In this document: in pieces, positions 45,393-54,842 of the stretch
How positions within the stretch are numbered: the stretch's first letter is position 1
How the letters are laid out: each line of letters starts with the position of its first letter
Assembly: GCA_965223465.1 (NCBI GenBank)
Contig: OZ245025.1
Location: forward strand, 722,718-786,717
From: Candidatus Poriferihabitaceae bacterium
Lineage (GTDB): Bacteria; Pseudomonadota; Gammaproteobacteria; Arenicellales; Poriferihabitantaceae
Direction: 5' to 3'
DNA length: 64,000 bases
Position numbers and translations under genes: made by a program
Notes under the pieces: generated by a model
The model's input: the letters and a program-made list of their open reading frames with translations, nothing else
Databases searched by the model: none
Told to the model about the DNA's origin: nothing

Positions 45393-46478
45393 CTAGGTAT
45401 CAGTAGCATGACCTTGTGACGTGCTGCATAAGAAATGATTTATCATCTGAGCTGTTTTGGTATGCATATCGTCTCTATTTACAGAGTCCGAGTCTATGCA
45501 TATATCAGGCTCAATGGCTTTTCCATATTTTGTACAGTTGCATAAAAACACATAGTGACCTACCGAGGAACCAAGCGACGCCAGTTTAAAATCTAAGTTT
45601 TGCTTGGTTAGCCATTTAGCACATTGCTCAAAAGGTGCTTCAGTATCCGCTTCCCCCGCTATGATTAGTACGGGCGACTTTATTGATTGCAGGCTTTGCA
45701 AGGTCAATGCCCGGACAGGCGGTGCCGGCGCTAGCGTTACAAACGCTTTAATTCTTGAATCATAGTAATCCGCGTCATGTCGCATTCTAGCATCTTGATA
45801 TGGCCGAGATGTTTTCATTAGTCGATCTATTTCTTGATCCAAACTTGGAAATTCTTTGGGCCCGCCTCTGTAATCTGGTTGTTTATCTAACCAATGCTTA
45901 AATTGATCCAGAGAAGTTATTGCCCCTGCCAGCGATAATACCGTGTAGCCCCCTAAAGAAAACCCAACAGCAGATATTTTATCGAGATTACAATGAGTTG
46001 ATAAAACTGGTTGCTGGTGGAGGTTATCTAATAAAAAGGTAAAATCTAAGGCGCGTTCCCACCAACATAAAAAACCTTCTGCCACATACGGTTCTAACGA
46101 TGTGTTCCCGTGATGGCTAATACCAATCGAGATATACCCCATTTCCGCAAGCCTGCATCCAAGCCATCCCATGCCTTGAGCAGAGCCACCCGTGCCGTGA
46201 GAAAGTAGCACTAGAGGATAGAGATGCTGGTGATTACTGATTTCTACACCTTTTGCAACCGCACCCATTTCAAACAAGGGTTCGTTTGGATTGCCACCAT
46301 ATTGCAAAAGGGTAGCCTCAGTTTCTGCATGGGCAGGATACCACGCACTATAGGCGATGGGTCGGGGGCCAGTTGCAGACCAGTTTGTTCGATTTTTATC
46401 AAACAAGATACCTTCCAAATACCCACATTTATATTGCATTGGTTTAAATACTTTGAAGTGTCGCTTTATAATTTGCAA
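45393..46478 (-). CDS. Alpha/beta hydrolase (PAF-acetylhydrolase / dienelactone-hydrolase-like)
   Basis: LLSHGTGGS and a GFSLGGYT nucleophile elbow. 361 aa. Confidence 0.7.
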   Translation of the reverse strand: MQIIKRHFKVFKPMQYKCGYLEGILFDKNRTNWSATGPRPIAYSAWYPAHAETEATLLQYGGNPNEPLFEMGAVAKGVEISNHQHLYPLVLLSHGTGGSAQGMGWLGCRLAEMGYISIGISHHGNTSLEPYVAEGFLCWWERALDFTFLLDNLHQQPVLSTHCNLDKISAVGFSLGGYTVLSLAGAITSLDQFKHWLDKQPDYRGGPKEFPSLDQEIDRLMKTSRPYQDARMRHDADYYDSRIKAFVTLAPAPPVRALTLQSLQSIKSPVLIIAGEADTEAPFEQCAKWLTKQNLDFKLASLGSSVGHYVFLCNCTKYGKAIEPDICIDSDSVNRDDMHTKTAQMINHFLCSTSQGHATDT

Positions 46479-46638
46479 TTATGAATAACAACCGTCAATT
46501 GGGGAGGCTGCCGTCTACTCTAGTGTGTGGTAAGGCAACGAATTATTTGGTGAATACTCCGCCCCCTTATCAAAATGCAATTCAGTCCTCTGGGAAGCTA
46601 ATTCGCCATAAGTTAACACGACTATTTGTTTAATATTA

Positions 46639-47613
46639 ACCCGTGGTGCATATTAATTAACAGCAATCTTAATGTGATTCAGGGGCCGTCCATTGCGCTG
46701 ATTTAGCCACTGAATAATGGTTAATGCTGTTACTTTGGAGAGCACTCTGGTGGCCAGTCCGTTAAATGATTTAGCGTAGTTTCTGCGAATCATAAACTGA
46801 TCACATAACTGAGAAAACAAAGTTTCAATTCGTTTTCTGGCTTTTCTGAGCACAGGACTAAATGGCTTGAAATTAGTTTGGTTTCGACGCAATGGTGTTT
46901 CCAGTTTGATCTGATTGTGAGCAAATAAATCCGTTTGATATTGTTGGCTAACATAGCCCTTATCTCCTATCAACACACAGTTGCTAAACTGTTCTTTAAC
47001 GTGTTCCAGATAATGGATATCGTGTGCCGAAGCCTTTGATATATCAACAGATTTGATCACACCTTGTAAGGTACATACCGCATGTAACTTATAGCCATAG
47101 TAGGGCATATTTTGAGCCGCACAATAACCATAATCGGGGCTGCTTATTTCCGCCTCTTGGCAGATTGAGCTGCGTCTGGCTCGAGCAAACTTGCACAGCT
47201 CTATGGGCATGCTATCGATCAGGTGATAATCTTCATAAGCAGTGATTTTGTCTGTAAGCGCAAGACGTATCTCATTGAGATTAGGGGCGAGCTTTCTACG
47301 TCTACGGTTATAGACCGAACGCTCAATTAAAGGGCTCAGTTCAATGGGGAGCAGTTTGAACAAATAACGTTCTGAGTCGATACCCAGAGATTCAGCAGCT
47401 AAGCTCAGTGCGATGAGTTTTTTATCGGAAAGTTTGGGTTTACGGCGATATAGGTAAAAATTATGTTCTGACACGACTTCGTGCAACAAAGATAGAATTC
47501 TGGTATAACTGTTTAATAAGTTACTCATATCATTACATTTTTTGCTGAAAACACAATGATACTCCTTTAGTGGAAATGAGCAACTTCTTCTCAATTTATA
47601 ATGCACCACGGGT
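46639..47613 (-). mobile_element. IS982-family insertion sequence, apparently intact
   Basis: Terminal inverted repeats ACCCGTGGTGCAT (46639-46651) and ATGCACCACGGGT (47601-47613) flank one transposase ORF. The element is flanked by TAATATTA at 46631-46638 and 47614-47621. Confidence 0.85.
46653..47528 (-). CDS. IS982-family DDE transposase
   Basis: 291 aa from the ATG at 47528 (MSNLLNSYTRILSLLHEVV...). LIDSMPIELC, LIGDKGY and IETLFSQL are typical IS982/DDE_Tnp_1 contexts. Confidence 0.85.
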   Translation of the reverse strand: MSNLLNSYTRILSLLHEVVSEHNFYLYRRKPKLSDKKLIALSLAAESLGIDSERYLFKLLPIELSPLIERSVYNRRRRKLAPNLNEIRLALTDKITAYEDYHLIDSMPIELCKFARARRSSICQEAEISSPDYGYCAAQNMPYYGYKLHAVCTLQGVIKSVDISKASAHDIHYLEHVKEQFSNCVLIGDKGYVSQQYQTDLFAHNQIKLETPLRRNQTNFKPFSPVLRKARKRIETLFSQLCDQFMIRRNYAKSFNGLATRVLSKVTALTIIQWLNQRNGRPLNHIKIAVN

Positions 47614-47637
47614 TAATATTAGTCTCCTGCGGAATTA

Positions 47638-47766
47638 ATGATGATCAGTATTTTTCTAACAGGTGTTTTACTCGGCTTGTCCGCAGGACTGGCACCTGGA
47701 CCGCTGCTAACCCTGGTGATAACCGAAACCCTAAAGCATAATGAGTATGCGGATTCTAACTCTTAG
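47638..47766 (+). pseudogene. N-terminal roughly 34-codon remnant of a LysE/RhtB-family exporter gene, fused in frame to foreign sequence
   Basis: MMISIFLTGVLLGLSAGLAPGPLLTLVITETLKH is a LysE-type first helix with the PGP motif. From about 47744 the reading continues into hydrolase-derived sequence (NEYADSNS*). Confidence 0.6.
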
Positions 47767-48000
47767 GTAAGCCAAAAAGACAGCACCGCCCTAGGGATGA
47801 AAAAGTCGTACGACCCAGAGAGTTTAACCAAGTCCGAAAAATTTCCTAAATCACCGTCCTACCCGGATGCTTACTTTGATTTCACATAAGTGGGCTTTTC
47901 GCCCATATCCTGGGTATTCTGGGGCTATTACAACTCGATATTTGACCCTTTCCAGTAAGTTCCTGGCTTTGAAATCTTCCGTGGTGTAAGGCTATTACAA
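47744..48000 (+). pseudogene. About 260-bp degenerate copy of an internal segment (50978-51240) of the hydrolase gene at 50176-51792
   Basis: About 86% identity by hand alignment over 47797-48000 versus 51034-51237. In-frame stops lie at 47764-47766, 47887-47889 and 47956-47958. Confidence 0.85.
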
Positions 48001-48007
48001 CCCGGGT

Positions 48008-49423
48008 TCATACATTACTGGATTTGGTTAAGCCCTTAACTACCGACAAATTTTTGCCGAACTCGGATACCAGTTCCCAGCGGATACGGTCTTTGTCTTT
48101 GGTTAAAACCCAGGGCCTACAAGTAAAGGTGATGCTTTCTGAAGTCACAGCGCTTAAAGTCAAAGCTGGTTCTGGATCTTTCAACACATCCTGATTCCGT
48201 TTCATAACCTTCAATAAAATAGACTCGGCTTCTTCTAATCCATGATCTACAACATTGACTTCAACATCTATTGACAAGCGTCGTGTTGGGGCACTAGTTG
48301 AATTTACGACCACATCCTCCCAGATCATATTGTTAGGTATGATGACCTTTTTGTTTTCCGCAGTGCTGAGGTGAGTTGAGAATAATGATACTGATTCAAC
48401 GTCGCCCGTGATACCCGCAGCTTCGACTTCATCACCCGTGTCGAAAGGTTTTTGAAACAAGATCAACAACCCACTGGCAAAGTTGCTGATTGTATTTTGT
48501 AAAGAGAAGGCTAGGATAAAACCCAAAATTCCCAAACCTGCAAGAATGGGCGTCATATTAGTACCGATTTCTGAAAAACCCATCGTCAGGCCGAGAATCG
48601 CACCAATCCGGGTGATCCATTTCGACAAGAATCGTCTGAGGAGGTCTGAAGTTAGTTTAATACGCCCAAGTCCAAAATTCAGAATACGACCAACTAACCA
48701 GCCCAATACCAGACCGAAAATTGCCCAAGAAATGACAGTGATGATATGTCGAATTACCCGTTGCCCCCCGCCCTTTGAAACCGCCCATTCCTGCAACGTG
48801 AGCACTGTTGATTGAACGCTTTGGGTATCTACCCTGACCCCACCGACGGCAGCCATATATGCCCTTATTTCCTGTGTGTCAGCTGGATCCCCGCCTTTGG
48901 ATTCATAAGAATCCAGCACGTGTTTAAGGTGATCCGCGCGGGCAGTTCGGACTGCGCGTAACTCGGTAATACGATCAATCAACGCTACTTTCTCCGGGGA
49001 GGGAGCTGTTGATTCGGGTGCCGCCTTGGTGTTCGGGTCGTTCGCCCTCACCCTCGCTTTTGCGGCATTATATTTAAAAAGCTCTAGTTCGCTTGCCGCC
49101 AGATTTTCAATTGCCACTATTAATAAAGCTTGCCAGCCTGCAATTTCAGGCATTAAATCTTCCAGTGTAAGCGGTTCAAGCATGATGTCGAGCGCAGCCA
49201 CGGGTATATCAGGATCTGCCGTTGTTTTGGCATTTGCTGGATTTGCTGACCCCTCATCTAGAAGATTAAGCAGAGCTTCACGTAGCGCTTCGGTTGTAAT
49301 CTCTGGAGGCGTTTCCTCCTGTACAGGCAGTTCAAGTTCCTGAGCAGCAGCCCAATTGTAAGTAAACAGGAATGTTGCAAACACTAAAATTAGGTGCGTA
49401 AGTAAGCGTATTGGACGAATCAT
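48008..49423 (-). CDS. MscS-family mechanosensitive channel with a long N-terminal periplasmic domain
   Basis: Signal peptide and TM helices present, plus the conserved MscS beta-domain (FQKPFDTGDEVEAAGITGDVESVSLFSTHLSTAENKKVIIPNNMIW). 471 aa. Confidence 0.85.
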   Translation of the reverse strand: MIRPIRLLTHLILVFATFLFTYNWAAAQELELPVQEETPPEITTEALREALLNLLDEGSANPANAKTTADPDIPVAALDIMLEPLTLEDLMPEIAGWQALLIVAIENLAASELELFKYNAAKARVRANDPNTKAAPESTAPSPEKVALIDRITELRAVRTARADHLKHVLDSYESKGGDPADTQEIRAYMAAVGGVRVDTQSVQSTVLTLQEWAVSKGGGQRVIRHIITVISWAIFGLVLGWLVGRILNFGLGRIKLTSDLLRRFLSKWITRIGAILGLTMGFSEIGTNMTPILAGLGILGFILAFSLQNTISNFASGLLILFQKPFDTGDEVEAAGITGDVESVSLFSTHLSTAENKKVIIPNNMIWEDVVVNSTSAPTRRLSIDVEVNVVDHGLEEAESILLKVMKRNQDVLKDPEPALTLSAVTSESITFTCRPWVLTKDKDRIRWELVSEFGKNLSVVKGLTKSSNV

Positions 49424-50175
49424 TGTGTTTTCCTAATTGGTATCCAGGTCAGCACTGGTTGCCCGAGATTTATTTGGTTAACCATGCGCCTCTTGTATCA
49501 TAATGTCCATAAAAAAGCCCCTTAATCATCATTATTGGGGTTTTAGCTACATAGTTGGGTCGAGTTTCTCGCTGCCGAGACTATATTTAAACAATAATTA
49601 AGCTCAGTCAGCACTGCAATCACAATCAACACACTGGTTGTCAGTTTTTCTTCACAACACACCAGCTTGCGGTTCAGATAACTCCATAACCTGAGCTAGC
49701 AAATGGTTTAATTGATGGTCTCGGGGTAGTTCTGTTTTTCTGTTTGATTATTCAGACTGACGTGTGGACAAATCCTGGACGATCTCTTGCGTAATATCCC
49801 TCAATGATACGACTTCACCCAAACAAAAACTCGGCATGAGGGTGGGGTGGTGTTTTAGACACGTGCGCAATGCGCGATTTAAAAACTTCCTTGCGCGCCT
49901 ACGTCATTTATCGCATTCTGAGCGACTTTTGCATTGGTAGTGATCGCGCCATCCACAAAGGTAGAAGTTCAGGTCGGTAAATTCGTAAATCTAACGTGAC
50001 ATCATTGAGAAATTATCACGATTGACGGTGGCTTGAAATTACTCAATCAAGGGCAAGGCCTTACGAATTTCATTGCGTGGCCTGAATTAGCACGATATTT
50101 ATAGTAAAGTTTGGCCGTGTATTTTATACCTATTGATCTACCCTTACTTTAAACCCCGAAAGGAGGATTCGACCG

Positions 50176-51792
50176 ATGATTTACCCCCGCTTCATATCGT
50201 ACCTTGTATTATTACTGTTCGGCTTAATGCTAAACCCGGTCGCGGCAAAGCCTAATGAAATTACCCCCGATAAATTGGTAAATGGCTTACGCGATGCGAC
50301 GATAAAGTATTATGCCGGTGGCGAAGATGGCGGTCTTGCGCATGTATCCTACTGGGGCATTCGAGCTGGGGATCCCTACTTTGAAACGCTGGATCCCGTT
50401 GAACAAGCTAAAGTAGGCAAAATTAACGCCAATGTGATTCACAGTCAGCTATTTCAGCCAGACAATGAAGAGATAGCGGGTTTCGAGGTCACTGGTGTTC
50501 TGAAAGCTGGCGGTCGGCACCAGAGCATTACCTTCCGACTCCCCGATGAATGGAATGGTAAATTGGCAGTCATTGGCACGCCAGGTCTACGTAATGAGTA
50601 TGCGAGTGAGGCGCTCCTTGCACCCTGGCTCCTTGAAGCAGGCTATGCCTATATTGCGGGAGACAAAGGCATCCCCGGCGGTGCTAACGATATGCTATCG
50701 GGCAATCATCCTACCCAGTTTTGGGGGAAAATGATGATTGATATGGCCAAGTTCGCGCAACGTGCTTTGCGTAAGTATACCGGCCGACAACCAACTTACA
50801 CTTACGCGATAGGTCTTTCAAATGGCGGTTATCAAACCAGACGCGCGCTTGAAATTGACCACAATCGGGTGAATAAGGAGAAAAAACGTCTATTTGATGG
50901 TGGTTTGGATTGGTCAGGTGCGTATTGGCCTGATAAGCGCGTGGTAGACACCAACAAAGACGGACACGCCTCTGTTGAGGAATATGCGGCTTCAAACTCT
51001 TTGGTAGGCCATATTGACCGCGCTGCCCTGGCGATGAAATGGTCATATGACCCAGAGGGTTTAACTAAACCCGAAGAATTTCTTAAATCACCGCCCTACC
51101 CGGGTGCATACTTTGATTTCAATGGAGCGGGCTTTTCGCCCGAATCCGGGGTATTCTGGGGCTATTACAACACGATATTTGACCCTTTCCAGTATGTTCC
51201 TGGCTTTGAAATTTTCCGCGGCGTTGGCTATTACAATCTGGTGGCGTACGTATACCGTGCTGATTTGCGTGGAGATGGCGCTGCATCCGCAGCTGCTTAT
51301 AGTTGCTATGCCGATCCTTTGAATCCACTGGCGGAACCACCCTTATACGATTGGCTGCGCAATGCGCCCGACAACGGCTGGGATCGGACCAGTGTGCGTT
51401 ATGCGTTGAGAAATGCCAATTCCGCTGAGTTTTCCGTGCCAATGATCAGCGTTCACGGGTTGGCTGATGGCCTGCTGGGTTTGAACGCGCAGGCGGTGGC
51501 TTATCGAAATGCAGTAGCAGCCTATGGTAACCCTAATTTACACCGATTGTATGGTATCGCAAATGCCGGTCACGTGGACTATCATGCCGATGGTGGCGGC
51601 GATTTCGATTTTAATGGGATACCTGGAGATGAAAATATGGCGGATAAGCTCACCCCAATGCAGGCGTATATCCAGCGAGCCTTTACCTATCTAGTCGACT
51701 GGGCCGAAAACCAGCAGTTGCCACCAGATAACACGGTCGTCCCAACTGACCCATATACTGATGTGACGGATCCGGCCAGTTTGAACTGGTAA
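50176..51792 (+). CDS. Secreted serine hydrolase (tannase/feruloyl-esterase- or 3-hydroxybutyrate-oligomer-hydrolase-like) with an EF-hand-like loop
   Basis: Signal peptide (LLLFGLMLNPVAA), a G-L-S-N-G-G nucleophile elbow, a DTNKDGHASVEE loop (50947-50982), and a late GHVDYH. 538 aa. The exact family is not resolved. Confidence 0.6.
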   Translation: MIYPRFISYLVLLLFGLMLNPVAAKPNEITPDKLVNGLRDATIKYYAGGEDGGLAHVSYWGIRAGDPYFETLDPVEQAKVGKINANVIHSQLFQPDNEEIAGFEVTGVLKAGGRHQSITFRLPDEWNGKLAVIGTPGLRNEYASEALLAPWLLEAGYAYIAGDKGIPGGANDMLSGNHPTQFWGKMMIDMAKFAQRALRKYTGRQPTYTYAIGLSNGGYQTRRALEIDHNRVNKEKKRLFDGGLDWSGAYWPDKRVVDTNKDGHASVEEYAASNSLVGHIDRAALAMKWSYDPEGLTKPEEFLKSPPYPGAYFDFNGAGFSPESGVFWGYYNTIFDPFQYVPGFEIFRGVGYYNLVAYVYRADLRGDGAASAAAYSCYADPLNPLAEPPLYDWLRNAPDNGWDRTSVRYALRNANSAEFSVPMISVHGLADGLLGLNAQAVAYRNAVAAYGNPNLHRLYGIANAGHVDYHADGGGDFDFNGIPGDENMADKLTPMQAYIQRAFTYLVDWAENQQLPPDNTVVPTDPYTDVTDPASLNW

Positions 51793-51843
51793 AAGACAAA
51801 GACCTTCAATCGGTTGCTTAAACGGGGCCTGTCGCTTTTTACG

Positions 51844-52434
51844 CTAGGCCTTTAGTTTCTCTATTTCGCCCTGTAAATACGCAATGGTGCTATCTGCATC
51901 GATACTAAAATCATTGTAGATAACGTAACCATCTGGTGAGATAAGAATTGCCCAGGGCGTTCCACCGGTTCGATAACTGCGCATCGTATTGGGGCGTTCG
52001 TGGGTTTCACTATCGCCCTCGTCATGCCCCATCATGATGGGTAAATCATAACGTTGTTGCATTTCCTGTAATTTATCAACGGTATTGGTTGAATAGCCTT
52101 CGAATGTGGTTTGAATGCCTGCTGCAATAAAAAAATCACTTTCTTTAAACTCGGCATGGATTTTTTGCAAGGCTGGAAAACCATGGCTATGACAGCCCGG
52201 ACACCAGGACTGCCAGCATTCGAGCATAACAAATTTCCCCTGGTGCGCAGCCAGTGAAAAGCTACCAGGGTTTCCGGCTCCATCTATCCAATACGGAACG
52301 TCAAGCTCGGGGGCCTGTTTGCCAGCAATGCCATAACCTTTGGGCGCAGCCAAACTAGCCCCCGGTAGGAGCGCGGCAGCGATCCCTGATAGTATGAGTT
52401 TTCGTCGTTGAACCGAAGGCAATGCTGAAATCAT
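51844..52434 (-). CDS. Periplasmic TlpA/ResA-like thiol:disulfide oxidoreductase (redoxin)
   Basis: RR-containing leader (SVQRRKLILSGIAAALLPGASLA) and a WCPGC active site. 196 aa. Confidence 0.8.
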   Translation of the reverse strand: MISALPSVQRRKLILSGIAAALLPGASLAAPKGYGIAGKQAPELDVPYWIDGAGNPGSFSLAAHQGKFVMLECWQSWCPGCHSHGFPALQKIHAEFKESDFFIAAGIQTTFEGYSTNTVDKLQEMQQRYDLPIMMGHDEGDSETHERPNTMRSYRTGGTPWAILISPDGYVIYNDFSIDADSTIAYLQGEIEKLKA

Positions 52435-52510
52435 CGTATGAGTATCTTAGGGGAATCATTTGCGGTTAGAACTGTATGCCACCCTAAAGTTCCGAAATCG
52501 CGCAGCAGCT

Positions 52511-53347
52511 TCACGCTACTGACATCAAACGTTTGACTTGTTTAGGTGTTAATTCGCGAAATTTTCCTTGCCTTAAGTTTCTCGGCAGGTCGAGAAAACC
52601 ATAACGTACTCGGGTTAATCGACTAACCTGGCAGCCCACCGCTTCCCAGAGTTTTCGAACTTCACGATTACGCCCTTCGAGCAAAGTGACATGCACCCAC
52701 TTGTTACGTTTATCGCCCTCCATGTCTTCCACCCGAACGCCACTAAATTTCATTCGGTGCTGGTCAATTTGGATGCCATCAAGCAACTGGCGGACAATCG
52801 TTTTGTTAACTTCACCAAAAATACGGCAGCGATACTCTCGCTCAATTCCAGAACTGGGATGCATTAATTGATTAGCCAGTTCACCGTTGGTGGTAAATAA
52901 TAATAAACCTGCGGTATTGATATCCAACCGCCCTACCGCCACCCATCGCGCGCCACGAATACGGGGTAGATTACGAAATACGGTTGGACGGCGCTGCGGG
53001 TCTTTCATAGTACAGATTTCGCCTTCTGGTTTGTTGTACAAAAGCACCTTGGTCTTGCCAAACGAAGGCCGTTCACGCAACGCATGCCCTTTGACTGTGA
53101 CTTCATCATGGCGGCTGACCCGTTGTCCCAATTCTGCACGTTGCCCATTGACCAACACACTTCCCTGATTGATCCAGCCTTCCATTTTACGGCGTGAACC
53201 GTAACCGCGATCAGCCAGGAGTTTTTGCAAGCGAATGCCCAGCCCTGAATTGCTGGCTTTACTGGTTGGTGATTTAGCTTGTGCTCGGTTCTTGCCGTGT
53301 TTTGTGGGCTGTTTATGGCGTGATTTATTGCCTGATCTCGGCGGCAT
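52511..53347 (-). CDS. rluB: 23S rRNA pseudouridine synthase RluB
   Basis: S4 domain (RLQKLLADRGYGSRRKMEGWINQGSVLVNG), a catalytic GRLDINTAGLLLFTTNGELANQLMHP, and a basic N-terminal extension. Confidence 0.88.
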   Translation of the reverse strand: MPPRSGNKSRHKQPTKHGKNRAQAKSPTSKASNSGLGIRLQKLLADRGYGSRRKMEGWINQGSVLVNGQRAELGQRVSRHDEVTVKGHALRERPSFGKTKVLLYNKPEGEICTMKDPQRRPTVFRNLPRIRGARWVAVGRLDINTAGLLLFTTNGELANQLMHPSSGIEREYRCRIFGEVNKTIVRQLLDGIQIDQHRMKFSGVRVEDMEGDKRNKWVHVTLLEGRNREVRKLWEAVGCQVSRLTRVRYGFLDLPRNLRQGKFRELTPKQVKRLMSVA

Positions 53348-54006
53348 TATTCTGCTTCTGGCAGCACTTTTTCCAATGCACCATTTGATTCGCCCATTAC
53401 TTGTGCTTCATTCGCGTTTTTTTCTATTTGACCCAAATCAGCTGCGATTTCATCCAATTCTCGCGGTTCATGCAATTCAGGTAATTCTTTTAAGGAGGAT
53501 AAATTGAAGTAGGCCAGAAAATCCGGGGTGGTTGCGAACAAAGCAGGTCTTCCCGGCACATCTCGCTCTCCAACTTGTTTAATCCATTCGCGCTCTAATA
53601 AGCGTTGAATAATGTCCGAGCTGACGGCTACACCCCGTACTTCTTGAATATCGCTGCGCGTGACGGGTTGTTGATATGCGATGATTGCCAGGGTTTCGAG
53701 CATTGCGCGCGATAGCTTTGGTGGGCGGGTCTCAAATAGTTTATTAATCCAGTGGGCGTAAGCCGCGCGGGTTTGGAAGCGAAACCCACCCGCCAATTTA
53801 ACCAGTTCTAGCGCGCTTTTTGCGTATTGCTTTCGTAGGCTCTGCAGAGCAGCTTCAATAGCTTGCGCATCAGGGCGCGCTTCTGCGGGAAACAAGTTCC
53901 GCATTTTTGTTACCGATAACGGCGCCTCGCTCACACTGAGTACGGCCTCCAGGATCCCCACCAGTGATTGCGTATCGGGTTGCTTATCTTTATTTTGTTG
54001 ATTCAT
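53347..54006 (-). CDS. scpB: Segregation and condensation protein B
   Basis: Carries ILEAVL..S..PLS, LETLAIIAYQQPVTRSDI..VRGV and L..ER.WI. It overlaps both scpA and rluB. Confidence 0.88.
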   Translation of the reverse strand: MNQQNKDKQPDTQSLVGILEAVLSVSEAPLSVTKMRNLFPAEARPDAQAIEAALQSLRKQYAKSALELVKLAGGFRFQTRAAYAHWINKLFETRPPKLSRAMLETLAIIAYQQPVTRSDIQEVRGVAVSSDIIQRLLEREWIKQVGERDVPGRPALFATTPDFLAYFNLSSLKELPELHEPRELDEIAADLGQIEKNANEAQVMGESNGALEKVLPEAE

Positions 54007-54833
54007 TCGCTTGCTACCCGAACGTGTATCGGTGAAAAGGCGTCATTCTGCACAATGCTGATCAAACCATCACGCATTAGCTCCAGGATTGCGATAAAAC
54101 TTACTACCACGCCCTCGCGGCCTTCTGCTTCACTGAATAATTGCTCAAAACGCAGGTGCTTTCCCGCTTGCAGACGATCCAGTATGTGCACCATTTTTTC
54201 GCGCATACTGAGGGTTTGCGGTTTTACCGCAAGATTTTGATTTTGCTGGGCGCGGATTAACACGCGCCGAAACGCAACGACCAATTCGTTGAGCGTCGTT
54301 TGCGGTAATGTCTGTTCAGATTGTACTTGTGCAAAATACGGATCGGAAAGGTGTAAATCCCGTTCCAAGCGCGGCAATTCATCTATTTCTTTGGCGGCCA
54401 GCGTGAAACGCTCATACTGTTGCAGTTGTTTAATTAAGGCCGCTCGAGGGTCTTCTTCGTCGTCCTCTGATTCCAAGGTGGGTTTGGGTAACAGTAAGCG
54501 GGATTTTATTTGGGCAAGCATCGCCGCCATGACTAAATACTCTGCCGCTAAATCCAACCTAAATTTGCGCATTAACTCGACATACTGCATGTATTGGGTG
54601 GTGATTTTGGCAATAGGAATATCCAAAATATCGATATTTTGCTTGCGAATTAAATACAGGAGTAAATCAAGTGGCCCTTGAAATGAGTCTAAAAATACTT
54701 CTAGTGCCTCGGGTGGAATGTATAAATCCTCGGGAAACTTTTCTATCGACTCACCATTGATCAAAACAACCGCAGGATCAGCTGCTTGGTTGCGTATTTC
54801 CGGCTGTCTGGCAGTATCTTGTGTGCTGGCCAT
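54003..54833 (-). CDS. scpA: Segregation and condensation protein A
   Basis: FQGPLDLLLYLIRKQNIDILDIPIA.IT.QY and AAEYLVMAA.L..IKSR.LLP are ScpA hallmarks. Confidence 0.88.
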   Translation of the reverse strand: MASTQDTARQPEIRNQAADPAVVLINGESIEKFPEDLYIPPEALEVFLDSFQGPLDLLLYLIRKQNIDILDIPIAKITTQYMQYVELMRKFRLDLAAEYLVMAAMLAQIKSRLLLPKPTLESEDDEEDPRAALIKQLQQYERFTLAAKEIDELPRLERDLHLSDPYFAQVQSEQTLPQTTLNELVVAFRRVLIRAQQNQNLAVKPQTLSMREKMVHILDRLQAGKHLRFEQLFSEAEGREGVVVSFIAILELMRDGLISIVQNDAFSPIHVRVASE

Positions 54834-54842
54834 GGTTAATAA

